In this document: in pieces, positions 12,351-23,245 of the stretch | How the letters are laid out: every line of letters starts with the position of its first letter | How positions within the stretch are numbered: the stretch's first letter is position 1 | From: Catajapyx aquilonaris | Lineage: Eukaryota | Direction of reading: 5' to 3' | Assembly (NCBI GenBank): GCA_000934665.2 | Contig: JYFJ02003449.1 | Coordinates: 1 to 41,443 of the forward strand | DNA length: 41,443 nucleotides | Notes under the pieces: model-generated | Told to the model about the DNA's origin: nothing | Databases searched by the model: none | Seen by the model: the letters and a program-made list of their open reading frames with translations, nothing else | Program-made: the position numbers and the translations under genes

Positions 12351-12750
12351 CACTCTAAAATAATTTGAGTTAAATTAAATCAAATTGAGTTAATTTTAAC
12401 TCAACTCAAACCTTAAGAAGGGATATCCTCAAATTTGAGTACATTGTACGCAATGGCTAGAGTAAAATTTTCAGCCCTCAGAAATGTGTAAATATCTTCC
12501 TCTCCATTTTGAGTACTTTTCAACACTTCATTGACTAACATGAGCATCTGTTTACTTAACAACTGAGTAAATGTTTCCACTCCCTTTTGAGTACTTCTGA
12601 ACACTTCATCGAGTAACAGCAGCAGATGTTTAGTACACTTATGGGTACAATTTCCAACTCCATTTTGAGTAATATTCTACACGGGAATGAGTAATATCAG
12701 CATGGGTTTATTCTTCATGTATACATTTCTCAACTCCATGTTGAGACATT
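12351..12750. mobile_element. CMC-EnSpm/CACTA-like terminus with subterminal repeats
   Basis: CACTCTAAAA at 12351 and dense TTGAGT/ACTCAA motifs. A ~78-bp unit recurs at 12502, 12580, 12658 and 12734. Confidence 0.7.
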
Positions 12751-12861
12751 TTCCGCATGTTATGGAGTTCTTTCAAATCTCCTTTGATTACACAAAAAAT
12801 ATGAGCCCTCTCCCATCTTAATCTTAATCGAAATAAACAAAACTTAATGCACCTGTACGTT

Positions 12862-12998
12862 AAACCCCTGCAACTTGACAGGAACCCTGCTGGTCACATG
12901 AATCAAATCAGCCAATCATAGTTGCCAGGAAATGCTGTTCTTTATTGGCTGGTTTGAGTCATGTAACAAGCAGTGGTCCAGTTAAGTTGCAGGGCTTT
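12862..12998. mobile_element. MITE-like fold-back element
   Basis: Imperfect ~55-bp inverted arms AAACCCCTGCAACTT...AAGTTGCAGGGCTTT. Ends overlap TTAA and TTCA. Confidence 0.75.
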
Positions 12999-13032
12999 CA
13001 ACTATACACCATATTGAGGGCATTTTTCTGCT

Positions 13033-13568
13033 TCACAGGCACTGCAGGGTAGTGTGAAGTGCTTCAATTGATGCTCGCTGTGGCCTTTCATCATTTACTT
13101 TGTACATAAATACTTGTAAAAAAGTGTGGAATTTTTCATGCTGTTTTGCATAGGTAACATTGAAAACATAATGAACCTCGAACAAGATGTCAACTGCCCT
13201 AATTATGTCATAGTTTCCACAGTCCATAACTTGATTATCAAGAACACAAAATCTTACAATTTCATTGACACTGCCAATACCAATTAAATAGGGCTGCATG
13301 TTGCTTTTTGTTTTTTCTGCTGAAACTTCACTGATGTTCTCACCAACCTGAAAGAGTCATTGATATGTGTATTCACAACATTGTCCTACATATTGCAGTC
13401 AATTACTCATTCACTGCAATGATCTTCAACAATCCTTCTGCGAAAACTGTACTTTCTTGTTCCTGAGTATCCTGACTTGTTGCAGGTTCATCAAAGTTCA
13501 GGGCCCTCCGTCTTCCTCGCCTATTGTGCAGTAGCTCTGCCAATGCCAAAATTGCTTTCATCGAATCT
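13033..13568 (-). pseudogene. 3' exons of a SAMD3-like/EnSpm-associated accessory gene
   Basis: QPYLIGIG...IIRAVDILFEVHYVFNVTYAK...FHTFLQ motif, with an upstream spliced exon. Lies just inside the CACT terminus. Confidence 0.65.
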
Positions 13569-13819
13569 ATTTGGGGGAATATAATGTACATATTAGTTTT
13601 TTTTGTGACTAACAACACAAATCTCATAGTACACCTAACAGGATTCACAAAAGACTCATTTCATGAGTGACTCACCATTGTTAATGGACTCCAAGAACAG
13701 TCCATATTTCACATTCACCGTCATAAAGTATTCAACCATGACCCGGAGGGGAAAATCTTTGCAAGAGAATGAACTCTTACCTTTTACACAAATTATGTCC
13801 GCTATCCTTCTCAAACTTC

Positions 13820-14580
13820 CACCGATGCAGTGGACAGTTCCAGCGCCGTCTTCTGTGGTTGTGTCAACCAAATGCCACATCCAGGGAGAATTTCAACCTG
13901 TCACGGTACAATTATGTACATTTTGGATTACCAGATAAGAGACGGATAATAATTAAAAGATAGAGATTATGGTTCATTCAGTTAGTGAGCTGAGACTTGT
14001 TTCTGTAGCATAAAAGTGAATTCCGTAAAGGTGCTGGAGTGCGGCAAGTAGTTTCCAGTGCACACCTAGTACCAAAATATTGGAAGTAGGACAGCAAACA
14101 TGTGATTTCTTCTGATTGATGCGAACTTTTCATTACTTAGTATTATTCACAAGTGCATAAGTATGTACTGTACTGTATAAAAGCAGAAAGTACCATTCAT
14201 GCAGAGATACCGTACCTTATTCGATGCGGGCGCAGTTGCATCTCTGGAATGTAGGCCTACTGACATAGACTGATTCTAAAAACATTTAAAAACATAAATT
14301 ATTACACGTTACTGTTCCAATAACAGTGAAAATAAAAACCATACCAAGTCGGAGCATGGTGCCAAACGCCGACTCATTTCGGCCATGAAAATGATAGCTT
14401 CAGGAGGTGCTGCGAAGGTTACAAACAAAATTTAAGCTCATGCAAAATGTCACAGAAAACACTTAAATTTGTACAACATACATAATTCCCATTACCTTGT
14501 TTGAAAAAATTTAGTTCCTCCTGCAGGCTGGCAATGATTTTATTTTTTTCCTGGACGATCTTGCGCATTTCAATTTTTTA
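13820..14580 (-). pseudogene. Four-exon fragment: coiled coil plus probable start of a BEN domain
   Basis: Phase-consistent GT-AG exons (ending at 14496; 14409-14345; 14275-14216; starting at 13897) give ...LQEELNFFKQAPPEAIIF...VEILPGCGIWLT. Confidence 0.5.
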
Positions 14581-16260
14581 GCATTAGTCACACCCAGAAA
14601 GGTGGCCGAAGTCTTCTGGACTTTGTCACCCAAATCGACACCGACAAGGAGCGACACAAAACACAGAGGGTTCATTCAATACCTCATTTAATAGCTGTTA
14701 GGAATATTTACATTCAGTATCAGTAAAGGATGCGCAAAGGTGAGGTGAGAGGTAGAGGTGGGACGACCAGTTCTCCCGGCATATTCTCCCGGGGGGAAAA
14801 GGTCTAGAGTGAAAAGTGCAGCGGACTTAAATAGGCCGGAAAACCCTCATAGCATTGTGGGTAGAATAGGATCATGTCACAAGAGGTAGGAATGAAGAAG
14901 AGGGATGATACAATCGTGATGGTTCTACATGCATAAAAAAAACCAACGGTCACATACCCCCGAACCAAGCACGAAAAGAAGAAAGCAAATATAAACTGGG
15001 GGTAATAAAGAAAAAAACACATCCCATGTCATACACGAGGACTAGAATAGACGGCCCGGCAAAGTCCACAGACGGCCAAAAAATATGAAAACAGTACAAA
15101 AGAAAAAGTCCTCGTCAAAAGAAAAAAACAACACATAACTGTTCCAAACGTAACAAGCACTTTCAGCGCTAATGTCAGAGCAGGTTCACAACGGGAGAGG
15201 AGGAGGACATAGAATTCTTAGGACATATAATGTCCAGGGGAACTCCTCTTCTTTATCTTGCTGGAGCGGCGACGACGGTCACGGCGTCGGCGGGGGGTTG
15301 GCAGCTCCACCTCCTCGGACACTTGAAATGGCTCGCAGAGCGGACGCAGACCAGGAAAATGTTCCTCCGAGAAAACAGTGCCATTCAGAAACATCAGTTG
15401 AAAATCCAAATGGCCATGAAGGGCCACCAAGAAGTCAGCTGCCAAGACCACGGGTAATACTGACGTCCGGACCACCAGAACGTGTGAAGGAATGTTGAAA
15501 ACTGCATATAAATTAAGTAGATAAACGGTTTTGACTTTTTTTTTTGTAAGGAACACAACTTAATAGCAGGAAATGTCAAAACCATCTAACAGATTATGTT
15601 ACTGAATTGCTTCAACCAGATCTTGAGTGATGAACTTTAACCCTCCTACATGCTATCGCTGTACGCAAGACATGGAATGACAATGTAATAAATTGTACTC
15701 CTATATTTTGACAACATCTTCTCTACACTTTTATTGTCTGAATTATTAAGCACATGACTGTATGGCAGAAAACATCAGTACACACCCATCCTGATGGAGG
15801 GTTAACAATTTTATATGGGAATACATTCAACTTGAGATCTCCTGGCTATGCAGCAGGTCCAAGGCATCTTCATTCTCCGCCATGTCATTCCAAAAGTGCC
15901 TCCTTGATTTCGGAATCAACGGCACAAGCTTCGCGATTATACGCCTTTTTTTTCTCAGCCCGGACGTCACGTGGTGATTTCTGTGGTGCAGGCAAGTAAA
16001 ACCGGGCATTCCGAAGAATCGCGTCCTTGCGATGGAGTTCAGTGTAATGATCCTGGCTGAAACTGGTCATGTAGAACAAACTAAATGTGTATCTTTGGAA
16101 CTTCACCTCACATACGTCACTGAGTTTTGGGAGTGTCTCATTCCCTAATGATCTCCTTTTGCACATGGAGGTCTCATGGGATGTTTCTCGCGTGCAAGTC
16201 GTAGTTTATCTGCAGGATTCCTCGAAGCTCTTTTCTTGTCAGTTGTTGCATAATTGCTGT

Positions 16261-16333
16261 TGCCGGCCCCCGGATTCGAACCCAGGACATCCCGATTAGC
16301 AGTCGGACGCCCTATCCACTATGCCAACCTGCT
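16261..16333 (-). mobile_element. tRNA-derived SINE head or tRNA pseudogene
   Basis: A box TGGCATAGTGG, B box GGTTCGAATCC, anticodon arm TCCGA-CTGCTAA-TCGGG. The acceptor stem is mismatched. Confidence 0.75.
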
Positions 16334-16573
16334 TCGGTATTACGGTCCTGCAGCTTGATTTTCCATAAGTCACATATAGGGCTGGGATGTCATTGTCTAC
16401 ACGGCAAAAAAGAGGAGCGGTTATGACCCTGGGCATCCAAACCTTTCTTGTCGTCTATGTCACTTCTAGTTTTCAAACCAGCAACTATACTATCTAACTT
16501 ATACGTTATACCAAAACTCACTTCCCCCATGGAGCCCTCCAGCGCCCACCTAATGTTCATACGTGGTTCATAC

Positions 16574-17510
16574 CTTCGTGATGATCTCCACAAATTCTGT
16601 GTTATGCACATCCGAAATTGTCGGATGCACATCGTCCACAGAAGGCTGGGCAATTATCTCAAACATGCAATCTGAAAAGAAATTCGGTGACTTTCCTCCA
16701 AAGACGATGGAGAGTGCCATCAGGCGACCTGCACAGAAGTAGGCCCTACTTCTCCGAGCTGTAAGATATGCAACACAAAATTCACAAGTGAAGTGGAAGC
16801 ATGAAATTAAAAACATGCAGACATTTACAGAAATGATCTGACCACCGGAATATGAAGAAACATGCTAATTTAAGTTGTGTGGGGAGTCCATTACGCTATT
16901 TAGGTATTACCTCCTGAAACATTTCAGTTCCCCAACACTGAGGTGATTGAAAGTACTGTAGTATCACAACGTCTATTTTGCAACGCCAATATTTACAATG
17001 TCATAAAATATTAATATTACCTTCGCTCGACAGAGCAATGACTTTGGCATCGTATGGCCCCTCAAGCAGGTGGCAGCCTTGCAGGTACTCCATAGCCAGC
17101 AGGAAAAATTCCCTTTTGGGTCCACCCTCGTCTACAGCGCCCTCTGATCTGCCATCAGCACAAAAAAACTGGACGCTGATCCTACTTGTCTCGTCAAAAT
17201 TGCTCCTCTTCAATGCCCTCATTGTTGAGCCCCACACATCACTCCTTTGCACATTAACGTATGTGCAGGGTGCTGCCTCCACTATCTTCTCCTGAAGTGT
17301 CTCCAGGATTGTCGCTACATTAATAGGACCAGCGCCAGAGGGCCCAGAGCTGAAAAATAATGCGTTTGCCTGTTTACTGGCCTACAAATTATCATAATCT
17401 TGTTATGTAATATATTTTACTCTGTGGACCAATAACTGGACACTCCATCTCCTGTGCCTTACCAAGTTATGGTGTGTGTAATACCAGGTTTTGTGTTAAG
17501 TTCTTCGTCT
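16574..17510 (-). pseudogene. G2E3-like HECT E3 ligase N-lobe exons (partial)
   Basis: ISVQF...SEGAVDEGGPKREFF and YFCAGRLMALSIVFGG..PNFF. Phase-compatible exons 17510-17463, 17349-17021 and 16758-16574. Confidence 0.8.
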
Positions 17511-17603
17511 CTACAAGCCATTATGGCAAATACAACACTAACATGTTATCATTAAATAGGCCTGCTATCAATTTTTTGAAATAGTTGAGAAGCTTTCTTG
17601 TAC

Positions 17604-18640
17604 CTGTGTTGACAGTGGCCTTGCCATCATCATTTGACCCCAGGTCTTCAAGCCCTGTCCCTTTCAGTCCATCGAGATTTCCGCATCGAAGGTCATCAAC
17701 AACTTACTGACCTTGGCCAGCTCAACTGTCGAAGCATGCAGGCGGTAGTCATCGCGGTGAACCTTTATGTTGTGGCCTAGATGGTTGGCCAACCACTCGA
17801 TTTATACCTCCTGCAGATTCAACAGTTGGCATCCTGGTGCAATCAAGCGATCTGGCTTGATGATGCCAGGTACCTGGGAAACTACATTTCGCAGTGCATC
17901 GTGTCCACGGATAGATTGTTCGGACTTCACCCGGGCAAACACAAACGGGTACTCTGTGGGTACACCCACCTTCTTGCAGAACTGTATGAGGAATTGCACA
18001 CCTTCTGTAACCTCGGGTGAACAACACCGGCACGGTTCTACCTCGTTTCCCTGGCACCTGGATTTGTTTCAGTCTTTTGCACAGTTGCTTTTCTAATGTT
18101 GATGGAGAAGCAGTGAAGAGATCATTATCAGCATGCCAGTCTGCAACTCCCGTCACGGCACTCAGGGGCATCCTAGCTGCTTCTCCACCCCTGCTCTTGT
18201 TGAACGTTATAACTCTTGCCAGCGTCAGCTCCGCCAAATTTCTCCACGTTTGGGCAGTCGGAGACTCCTGTAGGGCACGTTGTCTGTTGGGCATCTCATT
18301 CTGTATGTAAGATGCTAATGTCTTCACATCTTCAGTGGGTGGCAACAATTCTGGCTTGTTCTCCTTCCTCCTGTGTAGTACTCGCAACGCATGTGTTGAG
18401 ACACGGGTCGCCCATTCCAATTCAAGCAGGTTCAAGAAGTCATCTGCCTCCTCCTTCATTGCCTCATTCCTTTGTCGCAGCGCTTTTCCACGCAAAATAT
18501 TTACACACTTTTTTATACTGTGGCCGAGCTTCAAAGCCAACGACGGCGCAGGCATGCCACTGCTGGAGCTGCCACGTTCACTCACCTTTTTGACCCCGTC
18601 AACCACCTCATCGAATTTATCTGGCGTAAGAAAGAAAAAA
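17604..18640 (-). pseudogene. Tyrosine-recombinase-like protein (Crypton-like), disabled
   Basis: PSLALKLGHSIKK, FNKSRGGE (R), GKRGRTVPVL (K), WLANHLGHNIKVHRDDYRL (H, Y). Has a frameshift and a stop, and the HxxR-equivalent segment appears deleted. Confidence 0.8.
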
Positions 18641-18647
18641 AAAAACC

Positions 18648-19686
18648 CTGATCGACATCAGTTCTCTCCGGATAATTTTGTTGCAGTTCTATCCTATTGG
18701 AATCCGAAACGACGGTCATTGATGTTTACACTTATTAAACCAGCAGTTGATGCGTCTGCTGGAGCTTCATGGAGGAAGGATGGTTCACGTCAAGAGGCTG
18801 GAGTTGGATAATTGGGAATTCGTCAAACCAGAAGATGATCAGATCGTAGATGTGCTTCATGCTGTGGCTCCAGGCGTCGTGTCTCTGCACCTGGCACACA
18901 TGACGATCAAGAGAGAAGAAACACTCAAACGGATGCTCCTGATGTACAGCAGGCAACTGACGCACATCTCACTTTTCTCCTGCGTACCTCCACCTGGCAG
19001 CCTCCATGCCTTGGACATCATGTGTGACGCTCCACACCTCACCAGTTTGGACCTGTCTTGCAATGAAGCAAGTCCAAGGTTGCCCAATCCAGGATTAGTT
19101 GAGCACAGTTGGCCAAACCTGAATGAGGTCTGCATCAGTCCTCCAGCAAATGATTCAGATGAAGAACTCCGTCTGCTGTCCTCAGTTGCTGGCCACCAAA
19201 TCAAGAAGCTGAAAGTTAGATGGTTTAACACATTGCAGCCGTATCTGACCGTGGCACAATTTCCACAGGTTGAATATCTCGTGTTCATGTTTTCATTCCG
19301 CTTCTCAGACAACAGCCCTTGATGGACTCGGTTCCCTTGAAAACCTCCGCCACCTGACACTTACTTGGCCACACTTCCTGAACCAGTCGGTCCCCACTAA
19401 ATTGTTCTCCTGGCCAAACATGACTAGAGGACTGGAATCATTGAAGCTGATATTTGCAGACAACTTTGACGACGCATGCCTCGTGTCCGTGCAGAAATGC
19501 GCCTCTCTGTCCAAGCTGACCTTTGTTGGCTGCCCCAAGATCACCCATGATGGCCTCAATCATTTGATCCAACTGCTGCCCAGACTCAAGTCTCTTCAGG
19601 TCGAGAGGTGCACCAGTGTTGACAGGAGCCTGGCCATTGCTCAGTTCAAAACGTCTCGTCCTGATGTGGCCTTGACTGTAAAGTAA
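18648..19686 (+). pseudogene. Intronless RNI-like/FBXL-type leucine-rich-repeat gene fragment
   Basis: Repeats LTSLDLSCN, LRHLTL, LESLKL, LSKLTFVGCPKITHDGL, LKSLQVERC. Frameshift near 19310. AATAAA at 19753. No F-box seen. Confidence 0.75.
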
Positions 19687-20479
19687 TTCCCCGTTTGCCA
19701 GTTTGACCGCGAGCCATTGACAAGACCCATGCAATGTATGAGCTTGCAATTGAATAAAAGGATGGAAAATCTATTGAGCAAATTCTTCTTGGAAATGGTC
19801 CCATGCAATTGTTTTCACAGCTTCAAGCTGACAACCGTGCGATTTGCAAGAGAGTAAGCAGCCCTCATATGCTGAGCTGAAGACTACCTCCTCCTCCTAA
19901 TCAGCCTTTCCAAGGGCACTTGTTTACACTAGTTTTACAAGCCCATGTCGCACACTGCAGATGTTCACTGCATCATTGGATCATTGCAAAACACCACATA
20001 TAACAGATGCCATGCATTATAATATATTTCTTTTATTACGTATGTACCCGTCTCTTGGTCTCTATGATTCCAGTTTACAAGCATTGAATTTCGACTCTTT
20101 TTATAGGCTCGTCTTTGTATATGTGGGCCCCAGCCCCCAGATGCAAGTAAATTAATTAATTAAAAATGACTTTGATTATAACAGGTCGAACATTATTGGT
20201 GGTGTAGCTAGTGGTTATAAGAATTTAGTGCAAAAGATAATTATGGTGATTATGTCTGTGACAATTAACTATTAAAAGGTTCCACATTTTAACCTGAAGC
20301 ATTGAAAGAAAAGTTAACTTGTTAAAATTATCAATACTTCCAATATGAATTTCTTTGATGTTTTGCTGTGTAACAAATATGTGTAGGCCTATAAATGATT
20401 TTCCAAACAAAATGTGCACAGCAGTAAGTATGTTGTTTACGTATGAACATGATGACACAACTCACCAGCAGCAAATGAC

Positions 20480-20938
20480 TTCATCTTTCCAATGGCATGT
20501 GAAATTGTCCCTGGAGTGCTTGCCATCTCTTTGGACAAAGTCCCACCTGCAGTACTACCACTGCTGGTACTGGCAGTTGCCAACGGTGCCGACGATGTGG
20601 ATGGAGTTGGGTCATCTATTTCTGTCGAAATAATGATATTATTAGTTAATGCTGGATTGCTGGCTGCCAACCTCAAGCACACCATTACAAAATTAAATCT
20701 GAGAAAATAAAGAGCTACTTTTGCAAATGAGCCATCACATATTTGGTGATTTGCTTAATTTTAAGATAATAGGGGATCATTATCCTTGCAAGGAGTAATG
20801 CAGGATTGTTTCAACAAATCTCACAACATAAAGTAATTTAACTGCAATAAAACAAAAAAGAACACTCTCTCTGGACAGAGGATGAGATGGACCACACCAT
20901 CTACCCCTTAGGCCCTTTGTCACTTACTGAATCAGGAC

Positions 20939-20992
<54 letters not shown>

Positions 20993-21297
20993 GCAGACAG
21001 ACCGACAGTATTGTGCACTTCATCTCCACTTCTGCTATTTCAGGAAGTGGTCCTGTAAACATTGATCCATTTTTTAAAAGGTGTTCATATCATACCTCCT
21101 TCAGTGGAAGTGCTCAGGGAATCTTGCAGTTCGTGAGGGTGACGACGCTGAAGATGTGCCCTCAAGTTGGTGGTATTTCCACTGGTTTTTATCACATCAT
21201 TGCAAATGCTGCACTTCGCTGTTTGGCCCGTTAATTTTGAAAAGAATTTCCATAAATTGCTTTTCTTTCCCTTGCTGCAAAAGAAGACCATATTCAA
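20480..21297 (-). pseudogene. hAT/ZBED transposase N-terminus (BED finger), spliced fragment
   Basis: SNLWKFF...AKCSIC...SGNTTNLRAHLQRRHP. Confidence 0.8.
20941..20992. repeat. (TAT)n microsatellite
   Basis: Perfect trinucleotide run. Confidence 0.98.
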
Positions 21298-21488
21298 GAT
21301 TAACTTTGAAAAATCTATACTACAGTGCTTCCCAATAATTTTCAGAAAATGGTGTCAAAAAATTGGAAACCACGAGTGACCCAAGGTCATATGACGTCAC
21401 ACTGGTCACAGTAAACCTAACTAAGAGAATCCCCCCTTGCCCTTGCCTCTACTCACGCTCTGTAAGTCTGTAATCTCTGTATCTCTAG

Positions 21489-21771
21489 CTCTTGCCTCTT
21501 GTCCAGCGGGCTTTTTCTCCCACTTGCTCTGCGGATTGGCGCCACGGCGCCAACCCGCAGAGCAAGTGGTCGAGAGGCTGCTCCGGACTCCGGAAAACTG
21601 ATGAGAGAAAAGGTCGGTCCAGAGCAAACAGCGAAGCCCAAGCTGCCCAAGCGCAGAGCAAGTGGGAGAAAAAGCCCGCTGGACAAGAGGCAAGAGTGGC
21701 GCTTCGCTGTTTGCTCTGGACCGACCTTTTCTCTCATCAGTTTTCCGGAGTCCGGAGCAGCCTCTCGACCA
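21489..21771. repeat. Interleaved perfect inverted repeats A-B-A'-B' plus a junction hairpin
   Basis: A 21489-21533 / A' 21652-21696 (45 bp). B 21567-21637 / B' 21701-21771 (71 bp). 24-bp hairpin at 21520-21569. Confidence 0.95.
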
Positions 21772-22233
21772 GGGGCAGGGTACAGGGGGTCCTCCTTCTT
21801 TGACTCTGTACTGGACTACTGGAGAACAGGAGAAGTGGAGGCTGACTGAGTGGCTGTGGCTGACTGCTTCTAGCATCTAGCTTGTCACCTTGTCTAGGTT
21901 TCCTCCCCTTTTTGCCTCCACTATCCACTTCTGTCATTATCTTTTGTCCAGCATCCAGGTGCCAGTCACCCCTCCTTGACTCATGTACTTCATCTGGTTC
22001 ACGCTGTGACTCACTGGCCCACCTGGATCTTACTCATGCCTTATGATCTTCTTTCTCACCTGCACTTGGCCTGGTGACTCACCCAGCTGATATAGCAAAT
22101 TAGCAACCATATGTCTCCCATCACATACAGTGATTACAGTCATACACTTAATGTTAGTCTTAGTCATCTCTCGCGACCCCAAATATACATTTTGCAGAGA
22201 CGATTTCAAGATCGCGATCGGTATGAATATGCC

Positions 22234-22287
<54 letters not shown>
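22234..22287. repeat. (ATA)n microsatellite
   Basis: Perfect trinucleotide run. Confidence 0.98.
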
Positions 22288-22288
<1 letters not shown>

Positions 22289-22420
22289 GAGGAACGAGGG
22301 CCGCCCGGAAAGTAACTTCAATTTTTAAAAGAGAAAGACAACAATGCACTTCCCAAATTTTTATTATACAAATGTAAAAGCTTCCACTATACTTTTTCCA
22401 ACATAGTTTAATTCCTTCGA
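22288..22420. mobile_element. Tc1/mariner-like terminal fragment
   Basis: TA|CGAGG...CGAGGGCCGCCCGGAAAGT resembles mariner TIRs. No partner end found. Confidence 0.45.
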
Positions 22421-23109
22421 AATTGCGACATTTGTCGTAGAGTTACACTACTACTTACATAAGAGTTTGTATAGGTACCGCTGTTATAGAAGTTCACCAC
22501 CATCAACATGACACTACTTGTTCAATCCAAAGGTTTATTGTGATAGATTACTGAAGTGAAGCATGGCCATGATTCAAAAGCAACATCGCGGCCATATATT
22601 TGGTCGCGACAATAGCAGCAATTATCATGACAGTAGTACAGTAGATTATATTTTGTTTTTATTTGTTTTATGCAATTTATGAAGTGAGATAATGTTTTAC
22701 ATATTGTTACGCCTGATTCGCATAGGTTGATTGCAATTTTTAGGGGCTACATGAGAATGCCGCCTCGTAATCTTACATCCCTTTCCTGAAATAGATCATT
22801 GGTTTCATTGCCATCTGCTTGAACAGACCAGAATAACCAAATCACATAAAAATAAGGTGGAGGTTAAATAAATCCCTCCAAGCATAATTTTCAGGCCATC
22901 ATTCAGAACTTCAGAAGGCATGCATGATCGCCAGAATGTCCCGAGAGACTGGCTTAACTATACTCTACTCTTATACCGTGTCCTTTATTATACAGCACGA
23001 AGCAGAAATATCTCGAGCATGATGTCAAATGTCTCACTCTAGAAGTACAGTATTTGCATATACAATATTTTAAAGAATAATTTCCCCGCCTTTAAATTAA
23101 GAGCAAAAA

Positions 23110-23245
23110 AATATCGGCACGAAATATCGGAAAATTGAAGTATCGATATAGCGATAGATCGATATTCAAAAGTTCCGATATATATCATATCGGAGCCTCA
23201 AAATATCGATATATATCGATACACCGATACGATATCCCATCTCTA
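23110..23245. mobile_element. hAT-like element end
   Basis: Dense ATCGATA/ATATCG subterminal motifs ending in CCCATCTCTA (reverse complement of TAGAGATGGG). Confidence 0.7.

Noticed and set aside
16261..16333. Functional tRNA-Ser(GCT)
   Set aside because: The acceptor and T stems are mismatched and there is no long variable arm. A SINE head or pseudogene fits better.
17349..17604. Spliced YR-HECT fusion protein
   Set aside because: The YR donor is phase 1 and the HECT acceptors are phase 2, so joining them gives early stops.
20887..22377. Poly-Tyr and poly-Ile ORFs
   Set aside because: They are translations of (TAT)n and (ATA)n microsatellites.
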